DNA from: Octopus vulgaris
Taxonomy: Eukaryota
Direction of reading: 5' to 3'
DNA: 64,000 nucleotides
NCBI GenBank assembly: GCA_951406725.2
Contig: OX597836.1
Coordinates: 25,916,001 to 25,980,000, forward strand
Positions within the stretch are counted from its first letter, which is position 1. The number at the start of each line of letters is the position of its first letter. The notes below the pieces were generated by a model that worked only from the letters and a program-made list of their open reading frames with translations, did no database searches and was not told the origin of the DNA. Below, piece by piece: positions 14,937 through 29,075 of the stretch. Position numbers and translations under genes: made by a program.

Positions 14937-15360
14937 ACTCTTTACTCTTTTTTACTCTTTTACTTGTTTCAGTCATTTGACTGCGGCCATGCTGGAGCAC
15001 CGCCTTTAATCGAGAAAATCGAAAATCGACCCCGGGACTTATTCTTTTGTAAGCCCAGTACTTATTCTATCGGTCTCTTTTGCCGAACCGCTAAGTGACG
15101 GGGACATAAACACACCAGCATCTGTTGTCAAGCAATGCTTAGGGGACAAACACAGACACACAAACACATACACGCATATATATATATACATATATACGAC
15201 GGGCTTCTTTCAGTTTCCGTCTACCAAATCCACTCACAAGGCTTTGGTCGGCCCGAGGCTATAGTAGAAGACACTTGCCCAAGGTGCCACGCAGTGGGAC
15301 TGAACCCGGAACTATGTGGTTGGTAAACAAGCTACTTACCACACAGCCACTCCTGCGCCT
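14937..15360 (-). mobile_element. SINE family A, well-preserved full-length copy
   Basis: A box tggctgtgtgg, B box ggttcagtcc, CORE-like accttgggcaagtg, tail ending (GAGTAAAA)n; possible TSD t(a/g)aaaaca(t/a)tac. Confidence 0.93.
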
Positions 15361-15914
15361 TGAAAACAATACAAACAAGGAAAAACAAATGATCCAACAA
15401 CAACGATAATACTAAGAAGAACAAAACCGCCAACAGATTCTGCAACACAATGCAAATAACAACAACAGCAGCACCAACAACAGCAGCACCAACAGCACCA
15501 CCTCCACCACCACGAACAACAACAACAACAACGGCAGTCATTAATTATAGTTGTTTGCGACATGAAGTTTCTTGTGATAGGTAAATCTAAAAAATTACTA
15601 TTTTGTTTTCTAATTTAAAAATTTTGATTAATTCTTCAAATAGAATTGTATTCAGAAAAGCAACAGCGTGTAAATACGCGTCTTGTTTACAATATTTGGA
15701 AATTGTATTATCTTAGAAAACAGTTTCAACTTTGGAATTTAACCAGAAAATCTCGTTCAATTATCTTCATGTGGAAGCAGTGTGCAAAACTAGAAGTCGA
15801 GTCGATTAGGTTTTTATATAATGTTTTTTCATGTGAACATTCTTGTATTGTTATCCGATGAGATAAAAATCTACAAAGCAGTTTGTGCGATAAATGTGCA
15901 AGTGCTTCCACATA

Positions 15915-16174
15915 CCTGTCTCAGCCATTGGACTACGGCCATGCTATGGCACTATCAGGAATTTTTCTTTCTTGTTGTTGAACAAATTGACTCATGTACT
16001 TATTTCCTTTTAAAAAGTCTGCTACTTATTCGATTACTTTTTTTTCGCCGAATTGCAAAAGTTCCATGGACATAAACAAACCGACACTGGCTGTCATTCG
16101 ACGGTAGGGGAAGATAAACACAGACACACACACACACACACACACTTATACACATATCAGTATCTATCTATCTA

Positions 16175-16222
<48 letters not shown>

Positions 16223-16397
16223 TGTATGTATGCATGTATATGTATACGACGGGCTTCCACACAGTTTCTATCAAGCAAATTCACTCACAAAGCAATCTTC
16301 ACTCCAGAGCTTTGGTAGAAGTCTCTTGCCCAAGGTACTGCGCCGTGGGACTGAACCCGAACCGATGTTGTTACAGTGCAAATTTCTCAAGCCATGT
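15915..16397 (-). mobile_element. SINE family A, older copy
   Basis: Colinear similarity to 14937-15360. Confidence 0.8.
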
Positions 16398-16559
16398 ACT
16401 TTAAGTTTATATATTTTGCTGCTCATATTTAGCGATATCGTCAGTGTTATCACTTGTTCCTAAAACAAAATACATTCAGCCACGAGTCCATAAAAATTAA
16501 CCCTACTTCCATTGTTATTTATCGATAACAGGCCACTCTTTGTTGAAACCGTAGGTCCA

Positions 16560-16960
16560 CCGCTGTCAGGTTATCTTAAAAATATACACTTATCATAGAT
16601 TTCCGTGCTGTGTTTCCAGTAACTTTCTAGATTTTAAAACCACAAAGAGATTATAGTTTGTTTTGTTTTTTTTCCTAAAAGTGAAATATCAGAATCGATC
16701 ACAGTGAATTACGATGCAGAATTAAGTTGGAAAATACACTTTTGGCCTCAAGACAATAAAAAACCCCATAGTTTGCTCAGTCAGGCAGATTTAAATGCTT
16801 TGATTTGTGATCCATAACTTTCAAAGTGACAAGCAGAGAGGCTGAGATTACATTTTCGAAGTTGTTGCCTTTTAGCGAAAGAAACAGACGGTTTTGTTTA
16901 CAGAAAACTTCAAAAGATATTTTTGTTCATGGTTTGTGGCTGTGTAACTGTAAGAAGTAG
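16560..16960 (+). mobile_element. Decayed DNA-transposase fragment, Chapaev3-like
   Basis: KPHSLLSQADLNALICDP*LSK*QAE resembles PH.ITQ.ELNDLVRDL.LSK..AELL, recalled from CMC/Chapaev3 transposases. Confidence 0.4.
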
Positions 16961-17294
16961 GGAAATACTTTGACTTTCTGTCACCCTCGCCAATCAAACC
17001 ACTAAAGTTTTCACAAACCACTTCACCGTAGGTAGGTTATTTCGAAATAAATATTTGTGCTGCTGACTGTTTTCAGATGTTCAGCTGTGTATACATCAAT
17101 GTCGTAAATATTTCTTTACGGTCACACGTAAAATATCTAAACAAACTAGAAAACAAACATGAAACAAATATGAATGAAACAAACATATGTAAGTGTAGAG
17201 CAAACAATATGCTTCTGGTTTATGAATAATGCAAATAAGCTTTCAATATCTTCTCATAAATACAGAAACAGTATTAGCATCTCGATTCTGTTTT

Positions 17295-17480
17295 CATTTC
17301 CCTAATATCTAAGGTCTTTATACTTAATCTTTAACCATTTTCTCTCGCTCCTGACAATTCAGGATGTTATGTTTAGTCTTTGGTGATTTTACTTCTAGAA
17401 CCTAAGGTCTTTTATGTTTAGTCTTTAACCATTTTCTATCCCCTGATATCAAAGGCCTTTATGCCTATCCTCCAATAATC
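17295..17480. repeat. Degenerate ~45-50-bp minisatellite, about four units
   Basis: Recurring ctaaggtcttt and agtctttaaccattttct. Confidence 0.6.
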
Positions 17481-19399
17481 TGTACACGTGACTAAAGAAT
17501 AAGTGTGATGTATACAGAGAAGTCGGTTGCGTAAATTAAGTAAACATTTTAAAATAAATTATCGAAGGGAGAAAGTGCAGAGTCCACAATAGAAAAGGAG
17601 GTCCCCAGAGCTGATGAGATTGATGTTAATAGACTTCTGTATAAACATTTTTCGGTAAATATCTACAGGATCTACAAGGGCGGGAAAGTCTGGTCTGAAT
17701 GATACGGACATCGGATAGTGATACTGCGTTTAAATCCAGATCAGCTCTGCCTTAGCTGGCCTATATTCAACTACACTCTATTTGTGGACATTATACCTTT
17801 ATTTTAGACATTTGGTATCTAGAAATACAGGATCCACTCAGTCGTGAACCTTTAAAGAAGATAACATATGATATGCGAGAGACTTAACTGTTATATCTAT
17901 AGGGTTTTGCGACCACGTAAATGTTTTGTCATTTCCTGGCAAAAGATGGTGATTAAAAGTGTAGCATGTTAGACCAAGAACTCCATAAAGAAACGTTTCA
18001 CAGAAGGGTGAAGGAGCACGCTTTAAATTCTCGAAATTCAAAGTTCAAATGCTAATGATTTCCTCAAAGATGCTTTTTACAAGATTTGCTGAGATCAATA
18101 CCACTTTGACGTTTCACATTAACTGAAATAAAATGAGCGAGTTGTAATGATAACGGACACAATTTCAGTGTCTAGATATGGAGATATTTCACATAAAGAG
18201 AAAAAAAAATTTAGCCCAAGGGTCATAAACTAAATTCATTACTGAATAAAACTTCATAAACTACATCAGTTACAGACATATAAAAATATGGAATCCTATA
18301 AGAAACTGAATTCGGTCTGTGTCGGGAATTTTTTAAAAATGTGAATCGGCACATTCGATCTTCGGACAGAATGCTTGGCCGTATATGTTCCATCTGTCTG
18401 CTCTTTGCATTCAATTCACGCCGATGTCAACTTTTCCTTTAAATTCTTTGAGGTCGATAAATAAACCACCAGTTAAATACTGGTTACGTTTCTCCTTCCA
18501 TATCTCACACTCTCTATTTCTCTATCTCTCTCCCTCTTTCTCTCAGTGCCTCATAGAGGAATGATTACGCTGCGGCAGCCCCGTTACTTTCCCAACACCT
18601 TATGGTGGCCTCAGTGAAGACAAACAGTTCAAAAATAAGTCCACATCAGAGATTGATAGAAGACTTCATTAAATGCATTTGTCATAAAACATGATGAAAA
18701 TAACGTTTCGGTTTTTTTTTCTCTTCAAATGAGAGTGAAGTAGACAGAGAGCAAGTAGTGTCCTTGATGCATTAATTGCGAAATACAATACTATTCAATG
18801 ACAAATCTTCTAATGAAAGCAACGACAGTTTTTTTCTATATTTCTCTGACAAGGAGCTACAGTCGGAAATGTGACGTATTTTATACAGTCCTCTACAGAG
18901 CAATTGAACTTTACAAACTGTTCCACAATGCTTTCTGTGAATAACTTAGAACTAATAGATAATTTATCAAAGATATGGATTTGAAAATAATATCTCCAAG
19001 CAGTTGGTGTGTTTTTTTTTTCTTTTCAGTTCCGACTTGACTCAGTAAATCTATACTCAAAGAGGTTCCAAACATAACCATCCACGGTTCTCTAGGATAG
19101 GTACACCTAGGACTACATTATATGATACGTGCAGTACTCATCAAATCAGTGCGTTCTGTTGTGAGGTAGATTTGGCTGTTATATTTAGCAGTCCGAGCTA
19201 CAGCGTATTTTAAAAGATTTCTTTCTCTTTTTTGGAAAGCAGTTCGAAACTATTGTGAATTTTGCTATGTTATGATTAGATATTTAATTCCCTCATGATT
19301 ACCTCTTCTTATCTTTTAATTTCTTTTCAGTTGAGAAATTGAAAGGCGTAGATATAAGGGAATATTTCAGAAATGGAAAACAGGCCCAATGCCATTCAC

Positions 19400-20480
<1,081 letters not shown>

Positions 20481-21299
20481 GTCCATGTGTGTGCAAATAT
20501 AATTTTGTATATCGCTTCGTCATAAATTTGGTAAAAAGAAGGAAGTAAAAAGTTTGGAGAAAATATACTTGGAGATATGGAAAGAAAGAGATGAGACACT
20601 AGGAAAATATGAGGAGAATGAGGGCTGAGAAAAAATAGGGAAAGCAAAGAAAAATGGGATAAATGAAGAACGAACGCTAGGGAACAGAGATATTAAAAAT
20701 GAACGAAATCTCATTCTGTCGCTGCCATCTGATTTTACTCTCCTTCTCTTTTTTCTTTATCTCCCTCTCTCTCTCTCTCTCTCATACGCACACATACAGA
20801 CACAACTGTTCCTTCTTTACTTCATTGGATGGTGACTACTCCCACTAAATTCTTGACCACCTTTCCGCGAATGATACGCATGACCAACTATCAAAGAACT
20901 TCACAACCTTTAGAGCGCTTTCAATTCAAAAGCCATTCTGACCATCTCATTTATTCTTTGTATTTGAATTTTTGCATTCTTTACCGTTACTGTTGGAAGG
21001 CATGTTTAGAGAGGGCGCGGGCCAAAACTCCGCGCCCTTCCCTGCCATTGATCAGCTGAAGCTTCGGCAGTGTCACGTGACAGTTAGCTGGTGCTGGTTA
21101 CTGGAGTCTACCGGTGAGTATTATAAAGGGAAATTTGGCAGGATGGCCAGTCGCCCGCGGACATTCGTTAAAGCTGCATCGAAGAAACCAAAAAAAAACA
21201 AAAGATAAAAGGAGAAAGCAAAAACGAACTCAACACCAGAGCTGAGGACAGCTCCAAAAGGAGGGGAGCGCCACGTCAAAACCGGTAGAGGAGTAGCGG

Positions 21300-21810
21300 C
21301 CTGAAGTGGATGTGGTTCTTCCTGATGATGTCTTTAGTCACAGGATCCTATAAAGGAGCTGTTGCGGTAAAGGACCACGAAAAGTGGTTGAAATCCTTCC
21401 ACTCTCCGTATATATACCAGCCATCTTGCCTCTTTAATGGAATTGTGAACTACTATAAACGCACGCATCATATCAACACCATCCTATCGCACACAGTAGG
21501 AAAATGTACATATTATAACACTGTAACATATTACGTAACCTGGTGAGGCTTCTTCTGCACTGTGGGGGTGCATTCGATTCTGTTATATCGTTCCCCACCC
21601 ACTAGAGATTACTGCAGATGTAAGCCGAAACGATCGTCGTGCTACAAAGAGCTCACAGTAGACCCCGTCTTCCCTATTGATTATCTAACATACTCTATAC
21701 GTGCACCGAGGAGTTCCTAACATAGATCCTGCGACTAAAGTGTAGTACAGCGGATGACGCCCGGTAGCCGTATGTGGTGAAAGTTCTCACAGGGCATACC
21801 TGAAGGTAGG
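21300..21810 (+). mobile_element. Probable Penelope-like 3' region with two hammerhead-like relics
   Basis: LKSFHSPYIYQPSCLFN weakly resembles the GIY-YIG C-terminal ESL.I...P.LN motif; GAAAC-GATC-GTC at 21627-21638; CGGATGA-C-GCC...GGT-GAAA at 21751-21782. Confidence 0.4.
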
Positions 21811-21862
21811 AGTGGATATTACATTTTAAAGTCTCCTAACTAATCTTTAATTTTAAAGCATA

Positions 21863-21938
<76 letters not shown>

Positions 21939-21940
21939 AT

Positions 21941-22294
21941 AGGCGCAGGAGTAGTAGTATAGTAAGAAGCACCGTGGGCAGGTGATTTCTGCTATGGCCT
22001 CGGGCCGACCAAAGCCTTGTGAATGGATTTGGGAGACGGAAACTGAAAGAAACCCGTCGTATATATATATATATATATATATTTGTATGTATGTATTTGT
22101 GTGTCTGTATTTGTCCCCACCATCGATAGACAACCGATCTTGGTGTGTTTACGTCCCCATAACATAGCGGTTCGGCAAAGCAGACCGATAAAATAAGTAC
22201 TTTGCTTACAAACAATAAGTCTTGGATCGATTTGTCCGACTAAAGGCGGTGCTCCAGCATGGCCGCAGTCAAATGAGAGAAACAAATAAAAGAA
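21941..22294 (+). mobile_element. SINE family A with a deletion in the head
   Basis: aggcgcaggagt...cctcgggccgaccaaagccttgtg...ggcggtgctccagcatggccgcagtcaaatg. Confidence 0.9.
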
Positions 22295-22475
22295 TATATA
22301 TATATATATTGTGCACCCTGATGATTTTCCATCCAAGGTACTTTAAAATGCAAGACCATATTTTTAATTTTGGTTGTTAAATGAAACAATTGTTCGTGAA
22401 TATGTTAATAAATTTGTATCCATTACATCTATCCGTTTTCAAACTTAATAATATTTATATCTTGTGTGTGTGTGT

Positions 22476-22516
<41 letters not shown>

Positions 22517-23394
22517 TAAAACTCATTTTTATACACTTCCCTATAAAAAGTGGAACCGTTTAGTTACTATTCTATTCGTGTTCCCACCCAGGGGACAGCT
22601 CTGCCTCTCTTCCGTTAGAGGCTAAGAGATCATAGATATTCTTAATCAACACAACCCACGACTCAACTAAAATGGTATAAACGGGTACAAGAAGGGGTTT
22701 ACTAGTTCTCAGATGAGATTCAAAACAATGAAACCCCCACAAGACGATTCCATTTTTATTTATGTTATATATTTATTTTTGATTTTTTTTCTGCTCAGTC
22801 TGAGGTTAAAAAAGTATTTGTATACATTTGTTTGCATTCCTGCAAAAATAAAATATTGCTATTAAAGTTATACTCGCACGGTACATTACATTTCAAATTT
22901 TATATGAGAATGTGTATGAATATATAAACGCGTGAGTGTGTGTGTGTGTGGGGGTGTATTATTGTTCGAGAAACCTAGTGAAAGAAATGTTGCTACTGGC
23001 AGTTAACATCGGTAATACACTGTGTTTGCCAGGAAGGTACAACATATGATTAACAATAATGGAATATATTTGCTTTGTCAATGACATTTATCAGAATATC
23101 ATCACAACACGCCATCTTACTCTCTCTTCCTAGCTGTCATATTCTCTGCTTCTGTCTCGTACTTACTTAGGCCGTAAAATTTGACGTTTATTATAGATTA
23201 CTGCTTACTATATGTTGTATATCTGGGTGTGGTATTTTGTGTGAATGTATGTATCTATGTATATATGTAAACATCTGCATGTATATATGTGTGCGTAGAG
23301 AGAGAGAAAGAAACAAACAAAGAGAGAGACGCGTATATAGTGTGTGTGTATATATAACTATCTCTATATGCATATCCATATATATACATACACA

Positions 23395-24125
23395 TGATTG
23401 ATTGATTGATTGATTCTAGTTTCAGCTTATGAGCTGTGGCCATGCTGGGGCACCGCCATTTGGTGTTGCTACTTGGTTTCACTTCATGGAGGCTTTCTAG
23501 CAACTGCTATTTGGTGCATGAGAGAGTTCGATGCAGCTGCCCTCATCTGCCCCTCCTGCCGTGAAGTTGGTTCATCTGGGACACCTGACAGGAAGAGATC
23601 CAGCTTCATTTTAAAGACATCTGTATCCACCCCATGCAGGTCTCTCAGGTTCTTCGGGAGGATATTGAAGAGCTGTGGGCCTCGGAAGCCCAGGCTATCA
23701 CAGAATCTTGTCCTACATCTTGATGGCAGGTTTGGAGTCCTAGGCACCACGCAGTGGCGCCCAGTTCTGGCATTTGTGTAACTCTCGATGCCAAAGTTCA
23801 GGACACTTCCCTCCAGGATCTTCCAGATGTATATTATGGCATATCTTTCCCGCCTACGCTCCAGGGAATATAATTTTCATCTCTTGAGTCTTTCCCAGTA
23901 GCTTACATTCTGCATAGAGGCTATCTTCTTCGTGTAGCTTCGTTGGATCGCCTCAAGTTCTGTGATCAACTTGACACTGGATTGTGACCATAGCTGAGAG
24001 CAATAGTCAAAGTGGCTTAGGACAAGTGTCTTCCAGAGGACCATCATGGTTTCTTGTTCTCTTGTTCTAAAGGTTCTAAGAATCCAGCCAGCCAGCCGTC
24101 TACATTTCATTGTCAGTTTAGCACA
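23395..24125 (-). mobile_element. 5'-truncated CR1/L2-group LINE: ORF2 C-terminus, 3' UTR and (AATC)n tail
   Basis: LVLSHFDYCSQLW...LEAIQRSYTKKI...YWERLKR, frameshift near 23877, then YSLERRRERY...FKMKLDLFLSGVPDEP; stop at 23484; tail repeats. Confidence 0.9.
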
Positions 24126-24162
24126 GTACATTTGTATATAAATGAGGTGAATATATACATAT

Positions 24163-24230
<68 letters not shown>

Positions 24231-24609
24231 GTGTATGCATTCACGATTCTTTTTATGTATATATATGTATATATACTTATGTATATCTATGTGTGTGTAT
24301 ATATATATATATATGTGTGTGTGTGTATTTATGCACAAATTGTGGCAATAAAAGTGTTATTCTAAGAATTCTCTGCTATAGTAGAAGAATAACATAGGGA
24401 ATAACATTTATTTATATGGTAAATGAGAAACTGCAATCTGCTTCTTTCTCAAATAGAATTCTTCGAGTTATATTTGAAAGCAGCTCTCGAAAGATAAGTA
24501 AGTTTAGCTTCGTTGTACAAATGTATTTTATGGTAAAACCACGGGGTTTCTTATTCTTCGCGACCAGAATGAACTAGAGAACAAAACTAGCTGCTTTCTC
24601 ACTGTTTTC

Positions 24610-24910
24610 GGTTTAAGTCTGTGTGACAATACTCAGAAGACCGAGCGATGTTGAGTAGGGGGATCCGCAGATAAAAATGCAAGAAACTGGGGAGTCGTTA
24701 CCAAAATGGATTCCTCGTAAGTGTTCGGTAAAACATGAACGGCCACTTACGGACAGTCCGGTAAATAAGGAGCCGCAAATAAGATAAGTAAAAGTAAATG
24801 CGTGAGGGAAAGATCTGGTTATGTATAAAGAGTGGTGGTGGGTCGGGTAAACAATGTGGGACTCAAGAAGACGAAGGGCATTAATGGGCAAGAGCGAAGG
24901 AGGAATTTAA
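24610..24910 (-). mobile_element. Penelope-like GIY-YIG endonuclease relic
   Basis: LICGSLFTG...GRSCFTEHLRGIHFGNDSPVS fits the C..C..LYIG.TGR....RF.EHLR.I....D.PVS pattern. Confidence 0.65.
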
Positions 24911-25083
24911 GGAATAAGATTTTGCACAGAGAGACACACACATATATATACACACACACAAACACACACTCACACAGACATGTACACATATACATATACA
25001 CATGCACACATACACACATATATACACACATGTATATATATGTATATATATATGTGTATATATCTATATCTGTATATATATAT

Positions 25084-25147
25084 GATTGATTGATTGATTG
25101 ATTCTAGTTTCAGCTCATGAGCTGTGGCCATGCTGGGGCACCGCCAT
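25084..25147 (-). mobile_element. Ultra-short 3' end of the LINE at 23395 with 13-bp TSD
   Basis: Nearly identical to 23396-23459; flanked by atatatgattgat at 25078-25090 and 25146-25158. Confidence 0.9.
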
Positions 25148-25164
25148 ATATGATTGATCACTAA

Positions 25165-25331
25165 ATCTACAAGATTTTTTATTCTCTTTCTATTTGTTTC
25201 CTCATGTTCTTTTCTGTTGAAGAGCGTAGGCTCGAAGCATAAAATACTTTCTCACTCTCCCGAGCGTCAAACAATTCCACTTGCTTGTTGTTCATACACC
25301 TGTCTTTGTCTTTTGCTTTTCACTAAATTTC

Positions 25332-25335
<4 letters not shown>
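25165..25335 (+). mobile_element. Penelope-like terminal-repeat fragment with degenerate hammerhead motif
   Basis: CTGTTGA-A-GAGC(GTAG)GCTC-GAAG at 25214-25237. Confidence 0.5.
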
Positions 25336-25393
<58 letters not shown>

Positions 25394-25921
25394 ATAGATG
25401 TATACATGCATGGATGTATGCATGCATGGATGTATGCATAGGTATAACTACTTCTATACAGTGTACGGATAACTGTATAAAATATGTGTTTGAAAAGTTG
25501 AAAAACGCTTAAACGAAGACTTCCTTCCATCAGGTCTGTGATAATCTGCAGAGTTTAAAAACAGAGTTTATTAAACAATAAGTAATTTTTTAATTCAAAG
25601 TACTCTTTCTATATATATCTGTACGCATCTGTTCTTATATTTCTAGACTTTCTTATATTCATAGATGCACAGAAGACACAGCAAAATGGAATGCCCTACA
25701 TTAAGACGTAAATAACTATTTCGAGCTTCGCGTTTCTAGCAACGATATGCTCCACTTTCCAGAGTCTGTCTCACACTTCACTGCTTTTACAGTTCACCTT
25801 CTGGCGTTCCACCTTCTGAGAAATAATTTATATCACACTGGAACGCGTCTTGGAATATTAACCCTCACACTGTGTCTATAAATATTATGCATATTTGTGT
25901 GTGTGTTTGCATATGTAGGTA

Positions 25922-25969
<48 letters not shown>

Positions 25970-25980
25970 CGCGCGCGTGT

Positions 25981-26018
<38 letters not shown>

Positions 26019-26164
26019 AAATACATTGGTAATAATGTATAGACAAATATGCATATATATAAAAAATATGTTGTAGGAATACTTGCTCATGCGCACGTAC
26101 GGTAACTAACTCGCACGTGCATACACACACACAAACATATGTATGTGTATGCATATATGTATAC

Positions 26165-26208
<44 letters not shown>

Positions 26209-26389
26209 ATATCTATATATGTGTGTGTGTATGAATGTATGTGCGTGTGTGTGTGTGTTTGTGTGTAGGCACATGCATGGATGCGTGGTTAAGAAACTCG
26301 CTTCATACTATTAGCCAAGGCACAAGTCCAGGAAGGTTGCTTTTTCTTTGTGGAAGGCCAGCGGTCGCCCAAGCAAAGCAGCCTCACTT

Positions 26390-26582
26390 CTCCATGTCAC
26401 TTACGTTATCCAAGGGAAAGGCAAAGGAGCCGATACAGCTTGGCACCAGTGAGGTCGCATATCATTTCTATAGCTGAGTGAACTGGATTGACGTGAAAAC
26501 AGAGCGTCTTGCTCAAGAACACTACACAGAGCCCGGTCCAGAAATCGAACTCTCTACCTCGCGATTGTGAACCCGACTCTCC
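26390..26582 (-). mobile_element. tRNA-derived SINE family C fragment
   Basis: Reverse strand B box gagttcgatttc then gtgttcttgagcaagac, as in the copies at 46740 and 55450. Confidence 0.75.
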
Positions 26583-26929
26583 ACCCACTGAGACACACAT
26601 ACATATCCCTACATCCAATCAAATGTACCGACTTACATACATATATACATGCATACATACAAATACACCCGCATATATGCAAAAAAACTCACACATACAC
26701 ACATAGGACTATATACTTCAATATTGTAGTAATATTTGCTGCTCTATTTCACCAAAAAATATACAGGAAAAAAAACGAAACAGAAAAAAAAAACTCATGA
26801 ATAAGGAAATAAAAATCTTTTTTCGATGTTCAAATTTTTTATCGAAATATTAAGATAAATTTTCTGTGTATGTTCTATATGCATAAATTCGTCTAATAAA
26901 GAATTTTTTCACAATCACATATACGATTA

Positions 26930-27065
26930 TGCACACATACACGCACACACACACACACATATATATATATACATATTTATGTATATATATATATATACAT
27001 ATTTATGCATATATATATATACATATAAAATATATGTATATATATATACATATATATACATACAG

Positions 27066-27097
<32 letters not shown>

Positions 27098-27098
27098 A

Positions 27099-27130
<32 letters not shown>

Positions 27131-27717
27131 AATATATATGTATACATATAAATACTTATATATATACATATATATGTATATGTATATATATATGCATATA
27201 TATACTTATATATATATGTATGTATATATATGTATATATGTATATATATACATGTATATGTGTGTATATATATACAAATATATATAAAGTATGCATATGT
27301 AAGCATGTATGTATATATGTATGTATGTGTGTATGCATGTTTGTATGCATTTATACATTTATACATGTGTCTGTATATGCATATATATGATATATATGTA
27401 CATATGTATGTATATATTATATATGTTATATGTATATGTATACATATATGTAAATACATATATATGTATATAAGTATATATATTACATGCACTCGCACGT
27501 ATATGTATTCCATATATATTCATATATGTATATATAAACATACGTATATACATATTTAAATGTGTGTGTGTGTATGTATTTATATATATATGTATATATA
27601 TATATGTGTGTATGTATATCATATATAAAACGTTTGTATAAATTCTGTTATTAACATTTTCTATTCCTCACAATATTCAATACCCGTATGAATTCTTCGT
27701 GGGTATTATTATTATTA

Positions 27718-27766
<49 letters not shown>

Positions 27767-27841
27767 GATTATTATTATTATTATTATTATCATTATTATT
27801 AATACTAATGTTATTTTTACTGCTGCAGTTCTGTCTTTTCC

Positions 27842-27881
<40 letters not shown>

Positions 27882-27913
27882 CGTCATCATCACCACCATC
27901 ATTAATATTATAA

Positions 27914-27951
<38 letters not shown>

Positions 27952-28055
27952 ACTAATATTATTTTTACTGCTCCAGTTCTGTCTTTTCCTCCCCCTCCTC
28001 ATCATCATCATCATCATCAACCTCGTCATCATCACCTCCATCATTAATATTATAA

Positions 28056-28098
<43 letters not shown>

Positions 28099-28118
28099 TA
28101 TTAATTTTTTTTTTTCAA

Positions 28119-28171
<53 letters not shown>

Positions 28172-28192
28172 TATTAATTTTTTTTTTTTCAA

Positions 28193-28240
<48 letters not shown>

Positions 28241-28290
28241 ATTATTATTATTATTAATATTATTATTATTATTATTACTGCTGCAGTTCT
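26930..28290. repeat. (TA/TATG)n then (ATT)n/(CAT)n with a ~148-bp higher-order duplication
   Basis: aatactaat.ttatttttactgct.cagttctgtctt near 27800 and 27949, partial at 28276. Confidence 0.9.
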
Positions 28291-28481
28291 GTCTTCTCTA
28301 TGTTTTACGTCTCGGCCATTACATCATCGATCATCATTACCCCGCCACAACATTTTTTGGCGGTTTCTTAGTATGTGGTTTAGCAGTCACACGCATGCAC
28401 ACACGCACACACACACACACATACACACACATACGCATACACCCATACATACATACATACATACACCCATACATACATACA

Positions 28482-28515
<34 letters not shown>

Positions 28516-28823
28516 CATACATACATGCATATATACATACACAAATAGCATTCTTCCACAGACATTAAAAAAAGCTATACATTACCTTCATATCCGATTA
28601 ATTTTAATTCTGTCAATACATTCTCCAGCTGTTTTATTTCTTTGTATTGTATGTGTGTGTATCTGTATTGATGTCTGTGTATGTTACCGATACTCTCTGT
28701 AGATCATAGAATAATCGTGCTTCTATCTATAAGTACATTACATAAGCACACATGTGTACGTTTAGTGTATATATTAGTATATGAAATGTAAATATGTGTG
28801 TGTGTGTTTGTGTCTATATATAT

Positions 28824-28865
<42 letters not shown>

Positions 28866-28979
28866 ATGTATGTATGTATCTATGTTTATATATATATATG
28901 AACATCTTATTTTATTTAAAATTTACTGGTTTATATAAGGGTCTGCAATTTCCTTTGAGTTGTACTTTAGCTGATAACA

Positions 28980-29075
28980 CTGACGAAGTGTGTCCACTGT
29001 GCTGTGTTCTTTAATAGGGTTTAGTGACTTGCGTAATCATAGCGGTCTGGCGGTCGGCTTCCTGAAACACGTGTA
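28980..29075 (+). ncRNA. Hammerhead-ribozyme-like motif with long stem-II insert
   Basis: Canonical CTGACGA, AG...CT closing stem II, GAAAC-ACGT-GTA; stem I degenerate. Confidence 0.5.

Noticed and set aside
17830-18170. Possible Tc1 transposase relic
   Set aside because: Only vague similarity to QDGA and SPDLNP motifs; cannot be supported.
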